Assembly (NCBI GenBank): GCA_002633005.1
Contig: NMRA01001042.1
Location: forward strand, 12,177 to 65,052
DNA length: 52,876 nt
Direction of reading: 5' to 3'
DNA from: Phoronis australis
Lineage: Eukaryota; Animalia; Phoronida
Shown: piece by piece, positions 23,883 through 36,119 of the stretch
Numbering within the stretch: the first letter of the stretch is position 1
Layout of the letters: every line of letters starts with the position of its first letter
Program-made: the position numbers and the translations under genes
Notes under the pieces: model-generated
Databases searched by the model: none
Seen by the model: only the letters and a program-made list of their open reading frames with translations
What the model was told of the DNA's origin: nothing

Positions 23883-24693
23883 NNNNNNNNNNNNNNNNNN
23901 NNNNNNNNNNNNNNNNNNNNNNNNNNNNNNNNNNNNNNNNNNNNNNNNNNNNNNNNNNNNNNNNNNNNNNNNNNNNNNNNNNNNNNNNNNNNNNNNNNNN
24001 NNNNNNNNNNNNNNNNNNNNNNNNNNNNNNNNNNNNNNNNNNNNNNNNNNNNNNNNNNNNNNNNNNNNNNNNNNNNNNNNNNNNNNNNNNNNNNNNNNNN
24101 NNNNNNNNNNNNNNNNNNNNNNNNNNNNNNNNNNNNNNNNNNNNNNNNNNNNNNNNNNNNNNNNNNNNNNNNNNNNNNNNNNNNNNNNNNNNNNNNNNNN
24201 NNNNNNNNNNNNNNNNNNNNNNNNNNNNNNNNNNNNNNNNNNNNNNNNNNNNNNNNNNNNNNNNNNNNNNNNNNNNNNNNNNNNNNNNNNNNNNNNNNNN
24301 NNNNNNNNNNNNNNNNNNNNNNNNNNNNNNNNNNNNNNNNNNNNNNNNNNNNNNNNNNNNNNNNNNNNNNNNNNNNNNNNNNNNNNNNNNNNNNNNNNNN
24401 NNNNNNNNNNNNNNNNNNNNNNNNNNNNNNNNNNCAAAATCATTCAAGGCTGCTGACGAACAAAGAGTCCAAAGTTCACAAATATTACAAATTCCATCAC
24501 CAGGTTACGCGCTTCACTCAGTCTAGACAGTGCCACCAGCTCTAATTAGCCGTAGAGACGTCATATCTCCTGGCATGCGTAAAATGGCCATTTGCCGAAT
24601 TGGGCAAATGAATGAAGGACTGCTCGAAAAAAATTTTGATTATGGGAGTATTTGTTTGAGTTGGATTCAGTTAGAAGGAATAAAAGACATTGA

Positions 24694-25477
24694 GGTAATT
24701 GTTTACAATATGACGACATTGACTTACACAAATGATTTTGGTATCGTTCTATTCCTTGCAACGTTATCTTTCCAAAAATACACAGAAATTTTTCCTACCC
24801 CGTTCCCTTCATATTTTATCGTGAAATTTCTGCTCGCACTATTTCCCGGTACACGGTAGTAATACCGCCATGTTGACTGGAAGGAGTCACCTGGCGGTCA
24901 AAAACTGAACTAATCTACAGACTTCTGCAGATCGTCGCTTTTCATAAGGTCAAATTGACCGAGACCCGTCTATTCCCCGCCTGAGTTACGGTCCCAAGGG
25001 TTCGAATTCGATCCTATGGTGACCCTGGTACGCATTTGCTAGAGCACGAGTCTGCGAAAAAGCGGAAGTTGTTTTTAAGGTCCATATTGGTGAAAATGGT
25101 ATCACTTCAGACAATTTTGTGAAAAAATGGTCAAATGGTCACAAGTATAAAAAAATTGAAAAAGGTGAATGAAATGCTGCAACTTGTTCCTCCATATTAT
25201 GTCAGGAAAACTTTAGCGGGAATCTCGCGCGGGCAAAAAAATTCAGAATCGACGATGCTGTTTCATTCATTAACAACAGGTGTCGCAGTAATCTTGAGTT
25301 GAGCTAACATGGCGGTTTCAACCGGGAAATAGTGCAAACCGAAATTCGACTATAAAATTCGGAAGAAACGTGGTAAGGGATACATTCATATATTTTTGGA
25401 AAGATAACGTTGCAAGGAATCGAACGATGCCAAAATCATGTGTGTAGGTCAATGTCGTCATATTGTAAACAATTACC
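24694..25477. mobile_element. 784-bp non-autonomous DNA transposon with ~180-bp TIRs (Merlin- or MULE-like)
   Basis: Ends GGTAATTGTTTACAATATGACGAC / GTCGTCATATTGTAAACAATTACC; perfect 8-bp TSD GACATTGA (24686-24693, 25478-25485); no ORF. Confidence 0.85.
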
Positions 25478-26431
25478 GACATTGACGGCCTCCAAAGGTG
25501 TCCCTCTATGCTCATAATGTACTTACAACAACGTGACTTAGATTTCTTAATCAGTGTGAGGCATAACTCCCCGAATTAAAGCTTTCAGCCTATGAAATGC
25601 TTCACCAATGGCAATGCCACCATATCTACTGAGGCCAGCGACACGTCTATTCTAGTCTAGATGTTGATATAGGTTTCGCTACGAGGTGATGAGCAGAAGA
25701 ATCTGGGCTGAGTGAAATTTTGGGGTCTAACGGAGCTCAATACACAGTGGTACCTAGATGTATTTTGACGACAGTCTTCGTAACTGGCTGGCAAAAAAAA
25801 AACTTCAGAAGGTTGCTTGTTTTGCCATCAGCGCTCTGCCTTCCACGGACATGCAAGGATCAGCAACAAAAGACATCTACGCCTATGCCTCACCTCTACC
25901 ATTTTCTTCAATCTAACTCTTTCGGGACAAGGTCGCAAAACAAACTTCATTGGTTCTTCGGTCTCTTTATTTACAAACAACTTATTATCGTGCGAATAAA
26001 CCGCCATTTTGCCTGAATGAAACTCTACTCCCAAAAAAAGTATATTTCGATCGAAACGACAGACGTAGTCTCGAGCCCAGATTCAAAGTATTGACTGGAT
26101 CACGGCCAATAAACATTGTCCCAAAGCGACAGGAAAGGTAGCAGGCCCGTAGGAAGGAAAGAAAAAATTATTGAGGGGGGGGGGCACAAACCAATTTGAC
26201 TTCCCCAAGCTACCCCCTTGCTATCGCCACCCTCCCCCCACACCCGTTCTCTGGATGTCACCATATTTGTAGCCTCCCCCCCCTCCATGTCCGCCATCAT
26301 AGGTGCGGGCGGGGGATGCATGATGAGGATTTGAGTAACCGTGAACCAACAAAGTTTCACGGAGGGTATACGAATGGGTCTAGGGCTAGCGTACTGACGG
26401 GTAGATGGAAGCTGCCTGAAGTAACCATAGC

Positions 26432-27557
26432 TGGGCTCCAACAGTGTATTCGTACCCATTCCGAGTCCTCTGCTTTGGCCGGGTTGAACTTAGGTTGAGG
26501 CTTATTCAAGATCCAGTTTCGGGAAACTGACTTCATTTTAGTATGGCCAGTCTTTGAAGTAAATTTTCTTGGAAAAGTGAGGTCCCGACATGCCTGATAT
26601 GAGTGCCTTTGTGGCCGGTTTCAGAGTCTCTACTAGATGAAACACAGCCGGTAGTCCACTCAGTTTCTGTTGCTCATGAGATGATGATACAGAGTGTGTC
26701 CCAAAAATGTGCACAATTCAACGCCTGGAGTTCAAATTCAATTTGAGCTCCCGTGGGTAGCTGATATTCTACTCATGCCTACTGCATGGTTACATCTTAT
26801 TTTTAACGCGGTGGATGTGCCAGTCATTACGTGTTCCGGCAGGCCTACATGCGCGCACCCGGGCCCAGAGCAAGGGGGCGGGGGAATCGAACGAGCCCCC
26901 CATTTGCAAAAGTGGGCAAAAAGGTCCGCCTCAAAGAAACAAAATGTCCCAGAAAAACGACATAAAAGGAATTCGGCGCATGCATAATTCATAGNTGGGC
27001 TCCAACAGTGTATTCGTACCCATTCCGAGTCCTCTGCTTTGGCCGGGTTGAACTTAGGTTGAGGCTTATTCAAGATCCAGTTTCGGGAAACTGACTTCAT
27101 TTTAGTATGGCCAGTCTTTGAAGTAAATTTTCTTGGAAAAGTGAGGTCCCGACATGCCTGATATGAGTGCCTTTGTGGCCGGTTTCAGAGTCTCTACTAG
27201 ATGAAACACAGCCGGTAGTCCACTCAGTTTCTGTTGCTCATGAGATGATGATACAGAGTGTGTCCCAAAAATGTGCACAATTCAACGCCTGGAGTTCAAA
27301 TTCAATTTGAGCTCCCGTGGGTAGCTGATATTCTACTCATGCCTACTGCATGGTTACATCTTATTTTTAACGCGGTGGATGTGCCAGTCATTACGTGTTC
27401 CGGCAGGCCTACATGCGCGCACCCGGGCCCAGAGCAAGGGGGCGGGGGAATCGAACGAGCCCCCCATTTGCAAAAGTGGGCAAAAAGGTCCGCCTCAAAG
27501 AAACAAAATGTCCCAGAAAAACGACATAAAAGGAATTCGGCGCATGCATAATTCATA
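26432..27557. repeat. Apparently identical ~564-bp tandem duplication split by a single N (probable contig-overlap artefact)
   Basis: 26432-26994 recurs at 26996-27557; identical ORFs 26694 and 27258; N at 26995. Confidence 0.85.
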
Positions 27558-28424
27558 GCCCAACATACCCAGTATTCCGGTCCACGCGGGGGGTCCTCAA
27601 AAATGTTAGGTTGGGTGCGTGCATGCCGTGTGTGTTGTAGGCCTATGCACGAGAAGCAAAAGATTCAGTTTTGAAGAACAAAAATTCATTGCACAATACA
27701 ACTGGAAACTAAAAACATCATACAACTGCAAAGAGAACCTTTCCAAGTTGATGACCAATGAGTTGGATTTTATTTATTTCAGTACTTAAACGTCTTCGAT
27801 CTCGGTTTGTAAACTTAAACCCAGTAATCTAGTTTAGCCAACAAACAATTTATTGTCACTTGAATTGTGAGAGCATTTTAGGACACTTTGTAGAGCTATT
27901 CGAAATTCATCCATGATTTTCCTTGAGACTTAATTTCCATTTGATCCCTTGCTAGTGAGCTTAAACAACAAAACTTGTACCGAAGTCAAAAAGCAAATGA
28001 ATGTGTTTGTTGCCAATTGAATTGTGAGTACATTTTGGGAACTGTTCAAATTTCATCAATGTTTTTGACACTTATATTAGATAGGCAATGAAAAAGCGTC
28101 CAGGTGCACTTTACTATTTGGAGATCTGATTATAGTTTTTTCCATATCCAGGCTTCAACTAAATTCCATGAATCGTCATCATTTCTTAAAAGATTAGCTT
28201 CTAATTGCCAAANNNNNNNNNNNNNNNNNNNNNNNNNNNNNNNNNNNNNNNNNNNNNNNNNNNNNNNNNNNNNNNNNNNNNNNNNNNNNNNNNNNNNNNN
28301 NNNNNNNNNNNNNNNNNNNNNNNNNNNNNNNNNNNNNNNNNNNNNNNNNNNNNNNNNNNNNNNNNNNNNNNNNNNNNNNNNNNNNNNNNNNNNNNNNNNN
28401 NNNNNNNNNNNNNNNNNNNNNNNN

Positions 28425-29560
28425 TGATTCAATTACGTGCGTGGTATTGCAGAAAATGATCTTGAATGGCGCCATTTTGAAGATGCATGGATAACCGACG
28501 GGAAAGACTGCGAAAAGAGGGCTAGCAATGTGATTGGTGGTATTCCTATCTATGTACGTTATGTAGATGACATTTTTGTTTATTGTGCCTTTGATGACTT
28601 GTTATCAGTACGTGATGAACCGCTTGAGCGTCACTCTGTATTGAAGTTTAGCCTACCCACGAGCTTCCTGTAAATGACAAGATTCCGTTTTTGGACGTTC
28701 TTGTGAACCATTCCCCTTCTGAATTTTCTACATCAGTTTACCACAAGCCTACTGATAAAGGTTTCTGTCTCCACGCCAAAAGTGAGTGCCCTGAGCGGTA
28801 CAAGGTCGCCGTTGTGGTCAACTTCCTAAAGAGGGCGTATTCCGTGTCGTCCAACTCAGTGGCTATTGTTCAATCAAGAGGTATATCGCATAAGGCAAAC
28901 ACTGGTGAATAATGGGTATACCAATGCTTTTGTGGATTTCCATATTAAGCGATTTGTGTCCAGAATTAGCTATGAAGTCCCTGCACGTCGGGCCGGTGTC
29001 ACCAAAAATATATTTTACAAAAATGTCACGTCTAATAATTACCCCCAGGACGAACACGCCATTAAGAAAATCATAAGGGACAATGGTTAAAGTTTGTAAG
29101 CCTGATGATTACCTTGATGTTATTATTTATTATCGGAATAGGAAGTCCTCCAACTTGGTCATGAAAAATAACATTTCTAAAGTGAAAGTCCGCCCCGTCA
29201 GTGTAGTGTTGTTTATGAGTTTGTATGCCCTATGAACGAATGTCTTCGTTCAAACGTCAAACAATGTTACATTGGTCAAACGGTTTGCAGTCTTTCCCGT
29301 CGGTTATCCATGCATCTTCAAAATGGCGCCATTCAAGATCATTTTCTGCAATACCACGCACGTAATTGAATCACCCGTCAAGAATTTGTGGAAAACACGT
29401 CAATTCGCTACATCATTTTTGGTCATAGTAACGATTAGAAAACGGACAATCTCCCACGCTCATTGCACCACATAGATGTGACTTGAATGGTAATCGACAC
29501 TTGTCCTGCTGTAGCCTACATATCCTGGTAATGTCTTATGAAAAGGCGAAACGTTGAGTT
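28425..29560 (+). mobile_element. 5'-truncated Penelope-like retroelement (RT C-terminal half + GIY-YIG endonuclease)
   Basis: YVRYVDDIFV, PFLDVLV, TSVYHKPT, SECPERYK...RAY, LVNNGY; then VVYEFVCP...C...YIGQT...LSRRLSMH...H; frameshifted. Confidence 0.85.
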
Positions 29561-29826
29561 AACAAGAACTTTTTTATTTGTGCGGCGATTGTCCATTTTC
29601 CAATTATTCTAAAGCTAACCATCGGAAATAGTTCTTTTGTGTAATTAAAAATAGGGGTCTTCACGTTCTTCAAAATTCCACCCTTTTGATGGCGGTCAAT
29701 CCTATTGTATTTTTTTTACATTTTTGGTTGTTTGGATCGAATGTCTTGATACTTCTGTGATGTGCACGAATGTTTGTGTTTTTTATGAATTTGGAATCTC
29801 AAATTCCCTCGAGAATACGTAGTGTC

Positions 29827-29968
29827 CATGGGCGGCGCACCAAAGGGGGCTGGGGGGGGCTATAGCCCCATTTTTTTCCGTGCTGGGCCGCCCATGGTCT
29901 ATGGGCGGTGCATCACAGGGGGCTGGGGGCTTTAGCCCCCACTTTTTTCAGTGCCCGCGCCGCCCATG
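29827..29968. repeat. Two tandem ~70-bp GC-rich foldback units (mini-MITE dimer)
   Basis: Each unit YATGGGCGG...GGGGGCT...AGCCCC...GCCGCCCATG; whole flanked by GTGTC direct repeat. Confidence 0.55.
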
Positions 29969-32900
29969 GTGTCGGATTTTCATGTATAGAGGTACAAAGG
30001 GACATTTCACCGAACTGCTCCACCGAGAGAGGGTACCGTCTGAAATGGGACACCTTAATTATGAAAGACTAAACATTATTAAGCTTGGAAAAGAGTGACA
30101 GTTCATTCCACCGTCGTGTGGTCACAAGACGGTACAGGAAGGGACCCTCTTCAACACGAAAGTCAGTTGCACGATTTTACAAAAAACAGGAAACTAGACG
30201 TAATCAAGTCCAACACTGGGGCCTCTATCAGTGAGCAGAACCTGAAAATTTGTCAATAAAAACATACAAAGGGTGGCCACTTGAATGTCGTCAATGGCCC
30301 CCTTCAAAGGTGGGGCCCCTCAATATGAAATTATCAATATTTTGAAAAATCAAGAAATGCAAGAAATGTGCAGCAACTGATGATATCAGTCAAGACATCA
30401 AGTGATACACAATTCGAGAAAAAAGCGACAGTTGTTTCCGTAATCCCTTGCCAGAGAGGGGCTTCTGGAAAAATGTGGTTTTGCAGTCGCAAAATTTTGA
30501 ATTATTGAATTTAAAAATCAAGTAAATTAATACGCTCCGCAAAATCTTCGTTATACAATTTTTTCGATTTTTCGAAATATAATGCATGAACCATTACGTG
30601 TACGTTTTCAAGTGCGTTTAGACGACCCGTGCTTCGAAAGCGGAGACCCCAACAACAATGTCTTGGCCAGGGTCCCCAAAGGTAAACCATGCAATGATAC
30701 AGAGTTGTTAAATGTTTCTCTTGATTTTTCCCTCTTATCCGCATTTAGCAGTCTTTCGTTTCTCGACTGTCCCCGCCCCACGCGCATGTCCGTTGCCACG
30801 GTTGAACCCTGACGCCTGAAAAATTTTTTGGGGGGCCTGTGCCGTTTGGTTTATATGAAGTGATATGTAAAACAGTTAAACAAATTTGTTTTAAGAAACG
30901 CATTATCTCGGACTATCGACCTAAATACACGCATATACCACAGCAGAGTGTATTAGCTTTTGTTATTCGACAAAAAAACGAACAGTTTTCATAATACATA
31001 TTTTCTGGTGTTTTTTTTCAATTGAACCATTGCCACACATTCAACACATTCAGTTATAGTATACAGCTTTGTGCCAGACTCCTCGAAATCTGTTTCATAC
31101 AAAATAAAATAAATGTTTGCACTTTTTTCCCACTTAAAAGCTGATCAAACTAATCTCACAACTGTAAAGGTCTTAGAAGAAGCAAATATTTACTCATCGA
31201 ATGGTCACTTTTGTATATATAGCAAAAACTGTTGTGACGCTATACATCTATCCCCACCTATAACAAAGCTAATCTATTAGCGAATAGCAAAGGACATGGA
31301 TACTTAGACATGAATCAGACTCCAGAACATCAATAGCCGAAGCAAAAATCTCATGAACTAATGTTTATCCAGTAGCCAGTTAATTTCTTGTCGGTTTGCG
31401 TAGAAAACATTGCCTCAAGCACAATTATTTGTATTCCCCTAGCTAATGATTACGCCTGACGTAGATAATGTTCTTGTTACCTTGAACTTCTGTAAGAATT
31501 ATTTCATTCTTTCATTACCTAGAAGAGCAACTTAAACGGATATGACGTGTTTAAAGTAGTTGCATATAATGTCTTTTTCAATTTTTAATTTCTTTTATGC
31601 TATTTAACTCGGCTTTTGAAGAGAAAACTGTATGATACCTTTAAATGTAAAAAAGATCAAGGCATTATTTTCACGCGATTGATTCTTGAAAGGATTGTCG
31701 CGTCATAAATTCCCAAAGTTTTATTGGCATAGCCTACTGACTGAAATTGACTTTGGAACTACTTCAAGTCTGCAGGGACGTGATAGTCTTTGTTTATAAA
31801 ACACCAAATCTTTAGTGCGACGACAGTACTTGTCCCACAATGTACATCCTAAGGCACAATCTTGAGACTGAACAGATATTCATTTGGTAATTAATATTGG
31901 GAAGAAACAATACAACTTTAATTTTTTCGTTTGCATATGTCCCATGCACGTGTATTTTACCCTCGTGAGGTGGTAAAAAAGTCTCATTACTTCTCAGGTC
32001 GGTGGGAGGTGCACCTGCCAAAGCAAAAAATATACGGTCGAGCATTGTGGCGAGCGTTTTCTTATACTTGTAGCTGACAACAGAGTGCGTCATTAATTGA
32101 AGTTAATAATGCCTGCTAAGTACACACACTATAGTGTAAACGGCACGTAATACACGATTGCAAATATCAGTTCTAGCCTGTGTCCATAATTTTGCGAGTA
32201 AGCCATTGTACGCGTTTGTGAAAATACGATGTTTGAACTAGTTAATAAATTTCCGGTCAGTTGAAACATGGCCAGGTTAATGAACAATGTAATCTATTGG
32301 AAAGACACCTAAAGAAGACACACATTTGTTTTGTGATGAAATAACAAAAAGCCTTGACAAACAGAAAGATCATGGTTGCCGGAAAATTCATGAGATTTCG
32401 AGCTCCAGAGATCTTGACTGTGTTTACGAGTACACAGGCAACCTTCAGGTTTTGCACCTTCCCGCAGCTATCTAAAATCTATGTCTTAGTTTTGTATGCT
32501 TTTATATTATGGAGGGTTATTTTGCTAGTGGATTGCATGGTATTTGGTATAAGCTTAAAAAATTATGAAATTATGTTGTTTAACAATAACTACTTGGCTA
32601 AACATTGCACGTTATCTTCCTTTATTGGCACGTTCCAACTGTATTCGCGTATCTCGCAAAAAGAGAACTGACTGCCGTATATGAGTATACTATAGCTTAT
32701 GCGCATGTACCCAAAATAACGTGCTTTTATCACAAAACAACTTCGCTAAATGTTTCGCAAAACAGACACGAACACTATTGTCTCGTCTATAGGCGATTGG
32801 CGACTAACCCTTGCATGTGTGCATTGGGTGCTTCTTGTTTTTCTTTGTACTTTTCTTACTGTCAATTTAAATCCGAAAAAATTGTCGATTATTTCAATAA

Positions 32901-33934
32901 ATCACTTTCTTAAAGTTTTAGGATATCAATTCGGCAGTGATACGTTGCGCTCCTTTAGACAATGCCAGCAGAAGATTTTACTCCTGCCACGGGAACCAGC
33001 GAATATAAATCGTTCACCCACGAAAATGGGGTTTTACTCCAGTGCTACGCGTGAAGGCGCATTCACCCAATTCCATGTACAAGTGTAGGCTCACAGATAA
33101 GCGCAAAGGCCCAAATACGCAATATGTCTAAGAATTTGCGCAGTAATATGAATCATTGAAAAAGTGTCCTTTCCAAATCAGGTAACTCTAATTTATCTTG
33201 TCGAGGTCGTGACTTTTGCAATCGTCAGTAATATCACAGTGCGTTCACAGGTAATAGTGTACATCTTTGTATGTTGATAAGCAAATACCCTCAGTGAAGG
33301 AGCCAATTGTGAGTATCTTAGCCATCGTGATAGTTGAGCAAGCAAGTCGAGTTTATTAGACAAACAAATCCTTTCATGTGTACAGCGCTGTTAATTTTAC
33401 AATATCCCTGAAAAATATTTTCATTGCCATCCTCCTAACCAAATAAAGTAGCATTTTGACTTACCAGGACGAGAAAAATAAATAGAAAATAGGAGTCTGC
33501 CTATGTGTAACAGTGCTGATTGTGTTCTCACGAAATATTATTTTCTGGTCAAATTTTTGTGCTAACGTAATGGGGCTTTGAGGGACAAGAAATTTTGCGT
33601 GTCTAAGTACGTGGACGTGTGTGTATTTATTACTCGACAGCGTTACTTCGCTTATCATATTGCAAGACGTCTCCGACCCCAACAACTTTAAGGCGATTTG
33701 TTAACAATGGCATTGTACACAAACACTAAAGCGCTGATTCAGATGCGCTTATTTAACATCAATAGCCAAAAAGGATATATGGAACCTTAAACAAATCTTA
33801 ACAAAATGGTCTCTTCGAGAAGCGCATACAAAGTTTAAACAACGAGCAGTGTAGAGACAGACGAAGATTGTTAAGGGACAGGGACTCGTCACTGTTGGAT
33901 TAAGCGGAGAATAACGAAAAATGGCGAAAGCGAC

Positions 33935-33989
33935 ATGAAGGAAATTGTCTTATTCTGCTTATTTTTGACTGTTAGAGTTCCACTAGTCT
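33935..33989 (+). CDS. Candidate first (signal-peptide) exon of the vWA/mucin gene
   Basis: ATG...MKEIVLFCLFLTVRVPLV then gtaagt donor in phase 1, compatible with the phase-1 acceptor at 34643. Confidence 0.55.
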
Positions 33990-34642
33990 GTAAGTATACA
34001 ATACAAAGTATCTAAAACATGGTTACGTAAAAATGTTAAGACTATTGGCTGTTGAAAAGCATGTGTTTTTGTAACAAGCTAGTTCAGCAATTTGTCAGAA
34101 TACCAAATACGCACCAAAATAATCACGTTTGTGCTCTGCAATAATCAAATATTCGAAATAATTCTGAAATCACAAAATGTTTTTATGAGAACATCCACAG
34201 TGTTGTAGATACATCTTGATTACTGGTTTTTGTTCAGTTCCGCAAACAACGAACAGATTGAATCACAAGGTGATCTGAAAATCAAAATTAAAAAATTGTA
34301 AAATAATATATACACTGATGTTGTTCAATAGTGAATCAAATAGACAAATAAACGCGGAAAAATCAGGAACCCCAACTGGGGATCCTGTGCAAAAGGCGAA
34401 GTGCCGCTCATGGACCGGACGACATAACAGTTGGCTGCAAACAGCAATTGCACAGATATAGAGTCCTCAGTAGCTCAGTCTTAAGAACATTAAAAATCAA
34501 TAGCACCCAGAATTTATTGAGCAAGATGAGTCCCTTCCACTCAATTGCTCGTTTGTAAAAGCTCCATGACTTAAAAAGCAACTGTAGAATGCAAAGAGCT
34601 TATTTCTGATTTAGTTAATAACGTGAAACGTTTTACTTTAAG

Positions 34643-34972
34643 TTGCTTCTTGTGGGACGGATGGCGTTCTACTGTTGGATACGTCGCAAACCGTTTCTAT
34701 CAACGACTTCCAGAAGCTTCAAGACTTCGCTAAACGAATCACCAGCAGTTGGGATTTCGCATCCTCAACCTTGACCTTAATTAACTTCGGGAAGCAAAAT
34801 GAAGAAGTCATAAGCTTTTCGTCGAGTCAAACTGACGTGGATGCCGCCATTGACGGTATGAGCCGTAAGGGCGGCGAAGCCTATACTCATCAGGCACTGA
34901 ACTCCGCCAAACATTTGCTGACGACGAACGCGGGGGCCAGCCCCAAGTGGGTGGTCATACTCCTAAGCGCCG
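34643..34972 (+). CDS. vWA domain type A, N-terminal exon (unit 1)
   Basis: ag/gt bounded, 330 bp, phase 1-1; CGTDGVLLLDTSQTVSINDFQKLQDF...LINFG...AIDGM..KGGEAYTHQAL...VVILLSA follows the vWA beta/alpha pattern. Confidence 0.88.
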
Positions 34973-35894
34973 GTGAGCTTCACGTAATTTTGTTTTAGAT
35001 GTACTTTATAAAGATATCAATTTATGCTCACCTTCCGAGCAATTGTATTTTCTCGTGATACAAGAAATGTTTTCAGTACAACAAAAATAGTACCTGATAG
35101 TTTATGCAGTTGCCACACAAAAACGTAGCACTTTAAACGAGACACAAATTTTGAGCGAGACTTCTGCGACAATTTCTGTGAATCTCCGAACTCGGACTCG
35201 ACTGTATTTTTGACATTTTCCGCTCTTGTTTAGGTACAAATTCAAGGTAATGAAAAGTTCAATTTTGTATGCTCGAGCATTTCAATGTTTACGCAGACGT
35301 GATTTGCGCTTCATGACCTCTAGATACGAGCTACAAACTTGAGTTCAAGTTCAATATTTCCAGTTTAGATTCTTAACCAATGGTTTTGAAGATGGAGTCA
35401 TCAAGTGCGTACTAGAATTAGATTTTCATTCAAGAAAACCATGTTTTTCTTGGGCAAAGAACATTTAGTGCTTAGGTCAATTTTAAGAGAAAATAGACCA
35501 GAAATGTGAGAAATAACATTGAGTTGAAGCTCGAAGGTCAGACCTTGGAGCCTGGTGTCGTGCATCTAGTGCCAAATGATTACTATGTTTGGTCTTCACA
35601 TTTTTCGTTGTAAAAGGCACACGTTTCGCAACAGTTTCTTGCAGCAGGCATTTAGATAATTTTATTAGTGTATAGTATATTTTTAAATTGTGTGTTCTTA
35701 CGGAAAGTGTTTGTATTATGTGTGTGCGTTTAAGTTACTGCCTCCTCCCTGCTGGATCCTCGCTTCTTCTTGTTTAATTTGCTTGATACAAACGGACGAA
35801 GGATTCCGTTGATACGGAGTAGATGAGTTGAATGTTTTACCAGTTGAATTAATTCCTTTTATGACAATTACTGTTTTTATTATTATCACAATTA

Positions 35895-35953
35895 TCAATA
35901 ACAATAACAACAAAACTTAAATAATAACAAAAATAACAATAATAATAATAATG

Positions 35954-35996
<43 letters not shown>

Positions 35997-36015
35997 TAAT
36001 AATAATAACAACAAT
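35895..36015. repeat. (AAT/AAC)n microsatellite (shorter paralog at ~43965-44035)
   Basis: Long AAT run seen directly. Confidence 0.9.
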
Positions 36016-36119
36016 CATGTCATTAACATTTTCGTCATCATTATTATTACGACCACTATTACAACTACTATTACAAATGGAAAATGTCAGTCAATATGGA
36101 GAACTCAAATGCCGTTTTT

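Noticed and set aside
23790-24545. Long ORFs spanning the N gap (also 28104-28475)
   Set aside because: Artefacts of translating N runs
26432-27557. Duplicated 97-aa gene
   Set aside because: Identical copies around a single N, no recognisable motif; most likely contig overlap
34209-34297. Small second exon of the vWA gene ending at the donor-like AAATT|GTAAA where cassette homology starts
   Set aside because: No acceptor gives an open phase-1 to phase-1 frame (TGA at 34276); unresolved without RNA data
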